Source: Candidatus Aenigmatarchaeota archaeon (GTDB taxonomy: Archaea; Aenigmatarchaeota; Aenigmatarchaeia; CG10238-14; SCSR01). From it: a stretch of DNA of 39,568 nucleotides. The notes beneath the pieces are model-generated. The model was not told the origin of the DNA. It ran no database searches and worked only from the letters and a program-made list of their open reading frames with translations. Position 1 is the first letter of the stretch, and each line of letters starts with the position of its first letter. The translations under genes were made by a program, and so were the position numbers. This document shows, piece by piece, positions 28,413 to 37,543 of this stretch. The DNA lies in assembly GCA_016177025.1 (NCBI GenBank), contig JACOWB010000008.1:80076-119643 (forward strand), in the 5' to 3' direction.

Positions 28413-28838
28413 TCATAAAGCACCTCTCAACTTCTCGGCTATCTTAGACTCTTCATTTTTCAAAATATTCGAATAAGGCGACAAACTTTTACCAACTATC
28501 TGCAAGAAAGTAAAGTCCCCTTTATATCGGGGAATTACATGAACATGCAGATGATCAACACTCTGTCCAGCTATTCTTCCGTAATTAGTGCCTATATCTA
28601 ATCCGGCCGGTTTCAGAACTTTGTGAACCGTTTTTGCGATTTTTTTCACGAGTTCAAACAATTTGTCAGTTTCCTTGTCAGTGAGCGCCAACACAGATTT
28701 TACATGCCGTTTGGGAATAATCAGAGTGTGCCCCAGAGTAACAGGCTGACTAGAGAAGAATGCCAAATTATTGATATCTTCGTAAATTATTTCGTGCTTC
28801 TTCAGATTGTTTTTGTTGCAGAAAGGGCATTTTTTCAT
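28413..28838 (-). CDS. HIT-family nucleotide hydrolase
   Basis: CPFC, GHTLIIPKRH, AGQSVDHLHVHVIPR. Confidence 0.95.
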   Translation of the reverse strand: MKKCPFCNKNNLKKHEIIYEDINNLAFFSSQPVTLGHTLIIPKRHVKSVLALTDKETDKLFELVKKIAKTVHKVLKPAGLDIGTNYGRIAGQSVDHLHVHVIPRYKGDFTFLQIVGKSLSPYSNILKNEESKIAEKLRGAL

Positions 28839-28848
28839 ATTCTCTCAA

Positions 28849-30636
28849 TTATTCTATTATCGCTTTTATTCTCCTTATACCTGCAGCGATACCTTCTTCC
28901 TTGACAATTTTAAATTTACCAACCTCTTTTGTATTTCTCACATGCGGCCCACCGCATACTTCGATAGAGAAATCGCCGATGGAATAGACAGAAACTTTTT
29001 CCTCATATTTCTGCTCAAACATTGCTTGCGCTCCCCTTCCTTTTGCTTCCTTGAATGTCATTTCTTCCCTGACTACCAAAAGACCTTTCTTAATTTGCTC
29101 GTTGACAAGCTCCTCTATCTTTCTTACCTCGTCCTCGGTTAATTTTCTGTCAAGATTAAAATCAAAACGCAGTCTTTCCGGTGTTATATTAGATCCTTTC
29201 TGCACAACGTCCCTTCTTTTCAAAACCTTGCGTATAGCCTCGTTCAACAGATGCGTTGCTGTGTGGAGTTTTGTCGATTGTTCTGATGCGTCACTCAACC
29301 CGCCTTTAAACTTTTTTTCAGCTCCGACTCTGGAAATCTGTTGATGCTTTTCAAATTCTTTCTGGAATCCCTCTTCATCAATTTCTGTATTCATCTCTTT
29401 CCCGAGTTCTTTTGTCATCTCTATCGGGAAACCGAAGCTTTGGAACAGTAGAAATGCATTCTTACCATCAATCCTCTTGACTTGCCTAGCAATTTCTTCA
29501 AATTTCTTCAAGCCCCGCTCAAGGGTATTCCTGAATTTCGCTTCTTCGTTCTTCAATTCTGTCAGAATGAACTCTTTATTTTTTTCCAACTGTGGATAAT
29601 CTTTCTTGTAGATATCTATCACTAACTTTACCAAGTCACTAAGAAATTCCCTTTCTATCCCAATCAGTTTCCCGTGTCTTACGGCTCTTCTTATCAATCT
29701 CCGCAGAATATACCCTCTATCGACATTACTGGGAGTAATTTCTTCTGATAGAACAAATGTAGAAGCCCTTATATGGTCCGCTATAATTCGTATAGATTTT
29801 TCTTGTTTTTCATCAGGTGATTTTATTTTTGCAATTTCCTTTATCTTCTGAACAATCGGCTGGAAAGTTTCTATCTCGTAGACACTTTTCTTATTCTGCA
29901 ATGCTGCGACAGTCCTTTCAACTCCCATCCCTGTGTCGACGTTTTTTTGTTTCAGCATCTCATACTTGCCTTCAGCGGTTTTATTGTATTGCATAAACAC
30001 ATCATTCCATATTTCAAAATATTTTCCGCATGAATCGCCTGGCTTGCAGTCTTTGCCATGTGGCTTCTTGCCAGCATCATAGAACATTTCTGTGTCAGAA
30101 CCGCATGGACCGGTAGCACCGGCAGGACCCCACCAGTTGTCTTTCTTCGGGAAATAGAAGATTCTTTCCTTAGGTACTCCTAAACTCTGCCAGATTCTGG
30201 CGCTCTCTTCATCTCTCGGTGCATCCTTATCGCCAGCAAAAACAGATATGTACAGTTTTCTTTTATCGATGCCGAGCCACTTCTTGTCTGTCAAAAACTC
30301 CCAACTCCATTTGATTGCATCCTCCTTCCAATAATCTCCCAGCGACCAGTTTCCCAGCATCTCGAAAAATGTCAAGTGAGAATTGTCGCCGACTTCGTCT
30401 ATATCATCTGTGCGCAGGCACTTCTGAACATTTGTCAATTTCTTTCCGCGTGGGTGGGGCTGGCCTAGGATATACCTTACAAGCGGGTGCATGCCAGCCG
30501 TTGTGAAAAGAACTGTAGGATCTTCCTCAGGAATAAGTGGAGCATTAGGAATAACCGCGTGGTTCTTCTGTTTGAAAAATTCTATGTAAAGTTCTTTCAA
30601 TTTTTTTGAATCTATGCTTTTATTCATAATATTCAT
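28849..30636 (-). CDS. alaS: Alanine--tRNA ligase, short form without C-Ala domain
   Basis: LFTTAGM, HLTFFEMLGN, VDTGMGVER, ADHIRA, editing motifs HTATH and CGGPH; ends at GIRRIKA. Confidence 0.96.
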   Translation of the reverse strand: MNIMNKSIDSKKLKELYIEFFKQKNHAVIPNAPLIPEEDPTVLFTTAGMHPLVRYILGQPHPRGKKLTNVQKCLRTDDIDEVGDNSHLTFFEMLGNWSLGDYWKEDAIKWSWEFLTDKKWLGIDKRKLYISVFAGDKDAPRDEESARIWQSLGVPKERIFYFPKKDNWWGPAGATGPCGSDTEMFYDAGKKPHGKDCKPGDSCGKYFEIWNDVFMQYNKTAEGKYEMLKQKNVDTGMGVERTVAALQNKKSVYEIETFQPIVQKIKEIAKIKSPDEKQEKSIRIIADHIRASTFVLSEEITPSNVDRGYILRRLIRRAVRHGKLIGIEREFLSDLVKLVIDIYKKDYPQLEKNKEFILTELKNEEAKFRNTLERGLKKFEEIARQVKRIDGKNAFLLFQSFGFPIEMTKELGKEMNTEIDEEGFQKEFEKHQQISRVGAEKKFKGGLSDASEQSTKLHTATHLLNEAIRKVLKRRDVVQKGSNITPERLRFDFNLDRKLTEDEVRKIEELVNEQIKKGLLVVREEMTFKEAKGRGAQAMFEQKYEEKVSVYSIGDFSIEVCGGPHVRNTKEVGKFKIVKEEGIAAGIRRIKAIIE

Positions 30637-31881
30637 TTAGATGTTTAGTAAAGTTAAAATTAATGGGTTAAATCCTAGGAAAAAACTGATACTAGGCAAT
30701 AACAATATTCCCATGCAGTTGCTTCGTCTAACTCCTACATATGTGCACAACAAACCTATTCCAGTCGCTGTTATTCCTATCAATAAACCATAAATGCCAG
30801 TCATAACTGTTATCATAAGAACCAGAAAACTTAGTACAGATAATGACAGGATGGTATAGTTAATCTTGACCAAAAAACGCGGTATCGTCCTGCCTAAATA
30901 GAGAGTTATAGGCACAACAATCCCAGCTGCAAAAAATATCACACCTAGGAAAAGTAGGACATCATAAAAACTTATTTCAGGCAATATTCTTTCTATAGCA
31001 ACAGACGCACCTGAGCGTGGATTGTCAATCAAATAAAGGGAGTTAAGCGATACGACCTCGTTAGCGGTATTGATACCCGAAAGCGTGACAAGAAATGTTC
31101 TTGCTTCGCCTAAACCACCGATATACTGCATGAAAGTAGCTGCTTGAGATACTCCAACAGCTGGCAACAGCCCTACCAAAACACCTGCGATGACACCGAG
31201 AACTATCGCCTTGGATATGTTTACTTTGGAGGTTTTCAATTCCGTATCTATCTGTTGCTTTGGTATTTTCGAATTTTCTGCTATTGAAGTTATTAATATG
31301 CTTATTGCAAATAAACCTGCAAATGTGGGAAATAGTGCATTCTGTTGCGGAACTATTGAAGAGTTGAGAACTAGCATACCTAAAATACCCGAGAGGACTA
31401 CAATCAAAGTTGCGAACAGTATTTTCTTAATATGCTTCTCTGAAAGAACCATGAAAAATACTACGGCTAAAAGTGGGTATGCTATGTAAGGCCGTATAAT
31501 GTTGTAAAGTAAAGCAAAATAATTGCCGAAAAATAAAATGAAGATTATACTTATTATTAGCGAGATAAATCCTCCAATAACTGTTAGTCGGATCGCTTCG
31601 TATCCTCTGCCTTCTAGCAGAAGCCTGTGTCCAGGTAAAATTGACAACGCGTTGCTATCACCATCAGGACTACCAAGAAATATAGAGGGAATAAAACTAG
31701 TGAAAACTTGTGCTATTGCAGTTGATACTATCAAAACAGTTAGATAGTGTGGATTTGGAATTAGAAACACGAGTGATGCAAATAAAGGTAAAATGTTATT
31801 TAGATGTAGCCCTGGTAATAATCCTAGAATAACACCTAGAACAATTCCAAACAAACTAAACAAGAAAATTTCTAAAAGCAT
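30637..31881 (-). CDS. TctA-like/DUF112 membrane protein
   Basis: GLLPGLH.N, FIPSIFLG.P, LPGHRLLLEGRG.EA, RSG; about 12 TM. Confidence 0.88.
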   Translation of the reverse strand: MLLEIFLFSLFGIVLGVILGLLPGLHLNNILPLFASLVFLIPNPHYLTVLIVSTAIAQVFTSFIPSIFLGSPDGDSNALSILPGHRLLLEGRGYEAIRLTVIGGFISLIISIIFILFFGNYFALLYNIIRPYIAYPLLAVVFFMVLSEKHIKKILFATLIVVLSGILGMLVLNSSIVPQQNALFPTFAGLFAISILITSIAENSKIPKQQIDTELKTSKVNISKAIVLGVIAGVLVGLLPAVGVSQAATFMQYIGGLGEARTFLVTLSGINTANEVVSLNSLYLIDNPRSGASVAIERILPEISFYDVLLFLGVIFFAAGIVVPITLYLGRTIPRFLVKINYTILSLSVLSFLVLMITVMTGIYGLLIGITATGIGLLCTYVGVRRSNCMGILLLPSISFFLGFNPLILTLLNI

Positions 31882-31884
31882 TTA

Positions 31885-32283
31885 TCACCCTAAAATTTTT
31901 ACATCGTCTAAACTTTTCGGCATAATTTGCAATCTGCCTTTATAGTTTTCTATAACTCCTTTGACAGAAATTTTGTCGTTTAATTGAAAATCCTCTTCTG
32001 TAATGCCTATCTCATTCAAACTTTTCATATAGTCTGAAAACAACGGAACTTGTATTTTTGTTTTGCTATCGGAGATTGTAAGAAATAAGTGACCGTCCTC
32101 ATGTTTTCTTTTCTCTACTAAATAGCCTGTAGTAACTATTCTCCTACCCTCCAAGTCTGCAGTAATATCACTAATTTCTATCTTTTGAGGTTCTATGTTT
32201 ACAGAAGCGAAATAAATTAAGATTAATCCGACTATAGAAGTGAACAAGCTAAGAATCAATAAAAAATTCTTAGATAATACCAT
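31885..32283 (-). CDS. Membrane-anchored OB-fold protein
   Basis: N-terminal TM, HLFLTISD...I.V..F, ISVKG.IENYKGRLQI. Confidence 0.8.
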   Translation of the reverse strand: MVLSKNFLLILSLFTSIVGLILIYFASVNIEPQKIEISDITADLEGRRIVTTGYLVEKRKHEDGHLFLTISDSKTKIQVPLFSDYMKSLNEIGITEEDFQLNDKISVKGVIENYKGRLQIMPKSLDDVKILG

Positions 32284-32287
32284 CCTA

Positions 32288-35284
32288 TCAGACTCTATCA
32301 AAGCTTATTTCTATAATCTTGTTGTCAAAGGTTAATTTGCCTTTGTATTTTCCTTTCGCTTCCCCTACGGATATTTTTATTGCGCCAACTTCTTTCTTTA
32401 TTGCGTCTAAATATCCAGCTAATGTTTGTTCAGTAGATTTGTCGGATTTGACAAAGAGTGAGATTGTTTCCTTGACATTAAATTTATTTTGTTTCCTCAT
32501 ATTCTGAACTTCTCTGGTCAGTTCCTTGATGAGTGCCTCTTCTAGCAGAGGCTTGTCTAATGTCTTATTCACGTAAACTTTACCGTGTTTAAATTGAACT
32601 TCAGAAAATTCATCATCCAATGCTTCTTTTGTAACGCCGACGGATTTGGCATTGCAGATGAACAACAGAATACTATCAAGTTTGTCGATGGTTTTTACAA
32701 CATTCGTATCATCGGTTTGAACGAGTACTTCGGAGATAGGCCATCTTAGTTTTATTCCAGCCAATTGTCTTGCGGCTAGGCTTGCCTCAATTATTTCTTT
32801 TGCTATTTCCATTTGGCTTTCGAGATTTTCGTCAATAAATGCTTTTTGAGCTTTAGGCCAATCTATCATGAATACTGATTTATGGCCACCATCTAGATTT
32901 TGATAGATTTCCTCTGACAAGAAAGGTGTAATTGGTGACAATAATTTCGCCACGGTCAACAATGTTTCGTATAAAACTGATAATGCAGATGACTTGTCAG
33001 AACCGGTTTCAGTGACCCATACTCTATCACGGACGAGTTTGATATAGAATCTGCTCAAGTCATCGACGACGAAGTTCACGATTTTTCTTCCTGCATCATG
33101 AAACTCAAAATTTTCTAAATGTTCTGTTACATTTTGTATTAGGGAATTAAGTTTTGATAAAAGCCATTTGTCTTCAATCTTCAAATTTTTCAGTGATGGT
33201 TTGAAATCTTTTGTTATGTATGTTGTGAAGAATGAATAGGAATTCCATAAAATATTCAATGCTTTTCTTATTTCATCGGCTGTTTTGAAGCTGAAGTTTT
33301 GGACTTCCCATGGTGGAACTTCCCAACAATAATAGAGACGGAGTATATCGGAACCTAATTTTTCCAATGCATCTGTTGCCCATACAACATTACCTAGGGA
33401 CTTGCTCATTTTTTCGCCCTTTTCGTCTGTAACCCACCCGTTCAATGCGACTGCTTTGTATGGAGAAGAGTTGAAAGCGGCCATACCGCAGAACATCAGC
33501 GAATAAAACCATCCGCGAATTTGGTCCTGGCTTTCGTCTATCAAATCAACAGGCCATAATTTTTCAAACAGTTCTTTATTTTGATAAGGATATCCCAAGG
33601 AAGCCCATGGTGCAATTCCAGAATCGAACCAAACATTCATAGTATCCGGAACGCGATTCATCACACTCTTACAATTACGGCATTTTATTCCAATCTTGTC
33701 TACTACATGTTTGTGAAGGTCTATATCTTTTGGTAATCTGTTTATCGAACGCTTTTGCAGCTCTTCTAAACTGCCGATAACATCATAGTCGCCACATTTG
33801 TCGCATATCCAGACAGGCAAAGGAATACCCCAGTATCTCTGCTGGGATATACACCAGTCCACAGCATCCTCGAGCCAGTTGTGAAATCTTTCCTTTCCGA
33901 AATCTGGAAACCACCTAACCTTTTGGTTTTCCTTTATCATTTTTCCTTTTATCTTATCGACTTTGAAGAACCATTGTTTGCTTACCCGGAATACCAATGA
34001 GGATTTGCATCTCCAACATAAGGGATAAGAATGGACAACCCAACCGAAATGCAATAGAAGATTTTTTTTTCCCAATTTTTCTGCTATCATCTTGTCGGCG
34101 TCTTTGACAAAAATTCCTTTGAATTCCCCTGCATCTTCTGTGTATCTTCCCTGTTCGTCCAAAGGTGAAACTATCGGTAAATTGTAATTCAATCCCATGA
34201 GATGATCTTCCGGACCGTGCCCAGGCGCTGTATGAACTGCTCCTGAACCTTCTTCCATAGTCACAAATTCTTTTGCTGCTCCCTCTTTTGTTTCCTTGCC
34301 TTCAACTAGCCTGTGCTTGTAGGATTTTTTCGTCAATACAGGAATCGACAGGATTATTCTGCGTGCATTTGAATTGTTTTCCAGATTTTTTTGAACCGGC
34401 ACATCAAAAAGAGGTTTGTATTTTATTCCTTCCAGTTCTTTACCTAAAATCTTTTCAACAATCTCGTATTTCAAGTTCAATAATTCTTTTAACACAACTT
34501 CCGCACGTTTTTCAGCTATTATCAAAACTTCGTTGCCAACTTTTACTCTCAAATAATATTCATCTGGATGAACAGCGATTGCGACATTCGAGATTAGTGT
34601 CCATGGTGTAGTTGTCCACACTACTATGTATTCGTTATCTTTTCCGACAACCGGAAACTTGACATAAATAGAAGGGTCTTTAACATCGGCATAGCTGTCG
34701 CTCACCTCATATCCTGACAGTGCTGTTTCACAATGCGGACACCAGTAAATTGATTTTTCACCTGTTACAAGCATACCTTTTTCAAACAGCTGCTTAACAG
34801 TCCACCAGCCAGATTCGATGTAGTAATTTTTGAATGTTATGTACGGTTCTATATATCCACGCCACGCGCCTAATTGCCTGTACAGTTCCAACCATTTTTC
34901 TTCATTGCCCGTTGCAAATTTCCTGCAAGCTTCGATGAATTTTCCTACACCCATCATTTCGATGTCTTGCTTGGATTTTATACCGAGATTTTTCTCTACC
35001 ATGTTCTCTATCGGTAATCCGTGCATGTCAAAGCCTGGCTGGAACCACGAGCTAAATCCCTGCAGAAGCTTGAACTTGCTCCAGATATCCTTCAATGCGG
35101 TTGTCTTGACATGACCGACATGCGCATCGGCATTTGCATAAGGCGGTCCGTCCAATAGATAGAATTTTTTCTTTTTAGCATCAAACTTTGACAACTTTTG
35201 CGGTATTTTGCTTGACTCCCAGTACTCTCTGATTCTGTGTTCAAGTTCCCTTGGATTATATTGCCCTTTAACTTCTTTCACCAT
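32288..35284 (-). CDS. ileS: Isoleucine--tRNA ligase
   Basis: LDGPPYAN..HVGH, GFDMHGLPIE, WTTTPWTL, DQIRGWFYS, KMSKSLGN. Confidence 0.97.
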   Translation of the reverse strand: MVKEVKGQYNPRELEHRIREYWESSKIPQKLSKFDAKKKKFYLLDGPPYANADAHVGHVKTTALKDIWSKFKLLQGFSSWFQPGFDMHGLPIENMVEKNLGIKSKQDIEMMGVGKFIEACRKFATGNEEKWLELYRQLGAWRGYIEPYITFKNYYIESGWWTVKQLFEKGMLVTGEKSIYWCPHCETALSGYEVSDSYADVKDPSIYVKFPVVGKDNEYIVVWTTTPWTLISNVAIAVHPDEYYLRVKVGNEVLIIAEKRAEVVLKELLNLKYEIVEKILGKELEGIKYKPLFDVPVQKNLENNSNARRIILSIPVLTKKSYKHRLVEGKETKEGAAKEFVTMEEGSGAVHTAPGHGPEDHLMGLNYNLPIVSPLDEQGRYTEDAGEFKGIFVKDADKMIAEKLGKKNLLLHFGWVVHSYPLCWRCKSSLVFRVSKQWFFKVDKIKGKMIKENQKVRWFPDFGKERFHNWLEDAVDWCISQQRYWGIPLPVWICDKCGDYDVIGSLEELQKRSINRLPKDIDLHKHVVDKIGIKCRNCKSVMNRVPDTMNVWFDSGIAPWASLGYPYQNKELFEKLWPVDLIDESQDQIRGWFYSLMFCGMAAFNSSPYKAVALNGWVTDEKGEKMSKSLGNVVWATDALEKLGSDILRLYYCWEVPPWEVQNFSFKTADEIRKALNILWNSYSFFTTYITKDFKPSLKNLKIEDKWLLSKLNSLIQNVTEHLENFEFHDAGRKIVNFVVDDLSRFYIKLVRDRVWVTETGSDKSSALSVLYETLLTVAKLLSPITPFLSEEIYQNLDGGHKSVFMIDWPKAQKAFIDENLESQMEIAKEIIEASLAARQLAGIKLRWPISEVLVQTDDTNVVKTIDKLDSILLFICNAKSVGVTKEALDDEFSEVQFKHGKVYVNKTLDKPLLEEALIKELTREVQNMRKQNKFNVKETISLFVKSDKSTEQTLAGYLDAIKKEVGAIKISVGEAKGKYKGKLTFDNKIIEISFDRV

Positions 35285-35299
35285 CTCATCACAAGCCCG

Positions 35300-35359
35300 A
35301 TTTTTAGAATTAGGAGTAGCAAGGTAAATAACTTACGCAGCAATCCGTAAACCACTCAT
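35300..35359 (-). promoter_or_regulatory. ileS leader: micro-ORF with Ile codon (35359..35333) plus conserved downstream motif
   Basis: TTTATAAA at 35389-35382; ATG AGT GGT TTA CGG ATT GCT GCG TAA; then GTTATTTACCTTGCTACTCCTAATTCTAAAAAT. Confidence 0.6.
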
Positions 35360-35428
35360 GTGGTGCTTTTATAAAGCAAGGTTTATAAAGATTCAGTAGA
35401 AATAAATGGAAAATATAGAGATGATGCT

Positions 35429-35881
35429 ATTTCAGAATGCAACTGTTGCGGTAAAGAATTTCCAAGATTGAGTCCTGCTAAGATAGAAGGCGCTGTTATT
35501 GACGTTTGCGAGAGATGCTCCAAGTTCGGCACTAAGGTTAGCGGACCTCAACTTGCTTACACGCCAATCAAAAAAACTATTAAGATTTCTGAACTTGCTA
35601 ATTTGGACCTGATTCTAATACCAGAATATGGAAGGTTGATTTCCAAAGTAAGGGAGAGTAAAGGGTTGACACGTTACGATTTCGCAAAAAGAATTAATGA
35701 GAAAGAATCTGTTGTAAAACGGTTGGAAGATCAAGAATTCGAGCCTAATGAAGAAATGGTAAAAAGGATTGAAGATTCTCTTGATATCAGACTGAGAGAA
35801 AGATATGAAGGTGTTGTTTTACGACAGAGTGAAAAGAAAAGAGTTGATTTAACTGCCGGCGACATAGTAGAGGCATCTTAA
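35429..35881 (+). CDS. mbf1: Archaeal multiprotein bridging factor 1 (Zn ribbon + HTH); start codon uncertain
   Basis: In-frame SECNCCGKE upstream of the tracked ORF, IEGA.IDVCERCSKFG, HTH (RESKGLT...A..INEKES), LTAGD. Confidence 0.9.
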   Translation: MSECNCCGKEFPRLSPAKIEGAVIDVCERCSKFGTKVSGPQLAYTPIKKTIKISELANLDLILIPEYGRLISKVRESKGLTRYDFAKRINEKESVVKRLEDQEFEPNEEMVKRIEDSLDIRLRERYEGVVLRQSEKKRVDLTAGDIVEAS

Positions 35882-36147
35882 TGAAGAAAACTAGAAAGAT
35901 TGGGGATGTGTTTGGATTCTGGAAGTTTCTAATCGTGCTGTCTATCATGCTGAATGTCGTGAATTTTTATTTTATAAGTGGATTGTATACTGGCATTAAT
36001 TCAAATGACTCTAATGTGCCTTTATCAAGTACAGCTGGTGGAGGCATGACTGGCTATTTTGTTCTTGGCTCTTCATCATTTATTTCACTGATACTTCTAA
36101 TTGCTGTTGTAAGTGCGTATTTGGTTTTTAGAAAGCGAACAGTTTAA
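35881..36147 (+). CDS. Small two-TM hypothetical protein
   Basis: Two hydrophobic helices flanking a polar linker; coupled to the mbf1 stop. Confidence 0.65.
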   Translation: MKKTRKIGDVFGFWKFLIVLSIMLNVVNFYFISGLYTGINSNDSNVPLSSTAGGGMTGYFVLGSSSFISLILLIAVVSAYLVFRKRTV

Positions 36148-36202
36148 TGGTTGAGAGAAACGAGAATAGCCTATTTAAACCTAAAAACTACTGTAAGGTA
36201 TT

Positions 36203-36272
36203 GTGATTAAAGTGAACGGCGGTTTACTTCACATCGAGTGAACGTGATTTAACTAGTCCTATTTCTAAAAAT
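36203..36272 (+). promoter_or_regulatory. hisS leader: micro-ORF with His codon (36203..36241) plus conserved downstream motif
   Basis: TTTAAA at 36174; GTG ATT AAA GTG AAC GGC GGT TTA CTT CAC ATC GAG TGA; then GTGATTTAACTAGTCCTATTTCTAAAAAT. Confidence 0.6.
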
Positions 36273-36290
36273 AAAGCAAAGATATCTAAT

Positions 36291-37526
36291 ATGAAACTCC
36301 AACCTCCAAAAGGCACAAGAGACCTGTTACCTGAAGGTGCAAGCAAGTTGCAGAAGATAATAGATGTTTGTAGGGGTGTTTTTGAGAAATACGGGTTTGG
36401 ACCTTTAGTCACCCCTGCATTCGAAAGCTTTGACTTATTGTCGGCAAAAGGTGGTTTGGGGGAGGCTGTCAAAGATGAGATATATTATTTCAAGGACAAG
36501 TCTGATCGGGAATTGGGATTGAGGTTTGATTTGACCATGCCTTTGGCAAGGGTTGTTTCTTCCACATCATTGCCAAAACCGTTCAAGAGATATCAAATAG
36601 AAAAAGTGTGGAGATATGACAATCCGGCCAATCTAAGATGGCGCGAGTTCTTCCAATCGGATATAGACATAGTCGGAAGCACATCATTGCTATCGGATGT
36701 GGAATGTTTAACTGCGGTTTGCGAGATTCTGGAAAAACTAGGGTTCAAAGACTATTATATAAGAGTCAATAACAGAAAACTGCTTCAAAAAGAATTTGAA
36801 AAATTTGTTGAAAGGGACAAATTAATCGAAGTTTTCAGAACCATTGATAAGCTGGATAAAATAGGTCTAGAAGGTGTAGAATCTGAACTCAGAGCTAAAA
36901 ATATAGAACCCGAGAAAATCTTAGTGGTTCTTAAAATTAAAAGCATCGAAAGTCTACCTGACAATGAAGGGAAAAAAGAATTAGAAGAGCTTTTTGGTTT
37001 GGCAAGAAAATTCGGAATTGCTAAAAGAGTTAAATTTGATATTTCATTGGTACGCGGTCTAGAGTATTACACGTCTGTAGTTTTCGAGGTTAATCTTGGC
37101 GCAAAAGTTAGCTGTGGAGGGGGCGGAAGGTATGATGACCTCATTGAAACTGTCGGTGGCCAAGACTTGCCTGCAACTGGGATTTCATTGGGATTGGATA
37201 GAATTCTGGAAGTTATGAAAGAAAATAAGATGTTCGAAACCGAGAAAAGCAATACGAAAGTTTTTGTTGCAAATGTAGACAACTCAACAATCAAAGATGT
37301 CATACTGATTGCACAGGAACTTAGGAAAAACAATATAAACACACAAATGGATTTAATGGAAAGGAACTTTGGTAAGCAATTGGAATATGCAAGTAATGCA
37401 CAGATTCCTTATGTTCTAATAATAGGCAGAGAAGAACTAAAAAAGAAAAAGTTTAAATTAAAGGATATGAAAACAGGTAAACAGAGGGAGTTAGCGTTAA
37501 AGAAGATTATTTCTTTATTAAAATAA
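36291..37526 (+). CDS. hisS: Histidine--tRNA ligase
   Basis: PKGTRD, LRFDLT.PLAR, REFFQ.DID, LVRGLEYYT, GGGRYD. Confidence 0.97.
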   Translation: MKLQPPKGTRDLLPEGASKLQKIIDVCRGVFEKYGFGPLVTPAFESFDLLSAKGGLGEAVKDEIYYFKDKSDRELGLRFDLTMPLARVVSSTSLPKPFKRYQIEKVWRYDNPANLRWREFFQSDIDIVGSTSLLSDVECLTAVCEILEKLGFKDYYIRVNNRKLLQKEFEKFVERDKLIEVFRTIDKLDKIGLEGVESELRAKNIEPEKILVVLKIKSIESLPDNEGKKELEELFGLARKFGIAKRVKFDISLVRGLEYYTSVVFEVNLGAKVSCGGGGRYDDLIETVGGQDLPATGISLGLDRILEVMKENKMFETEKSNTKVFVANVDNSTIKDVILIAQELRKNNINTQMDLMERNFGKQLEYASNAQIPYVLIIGREELKKKKFKLKDMKTGKQRELALKKIISLLK

Positions 37527-37543
37527 TTCTATAATTGATTTGT

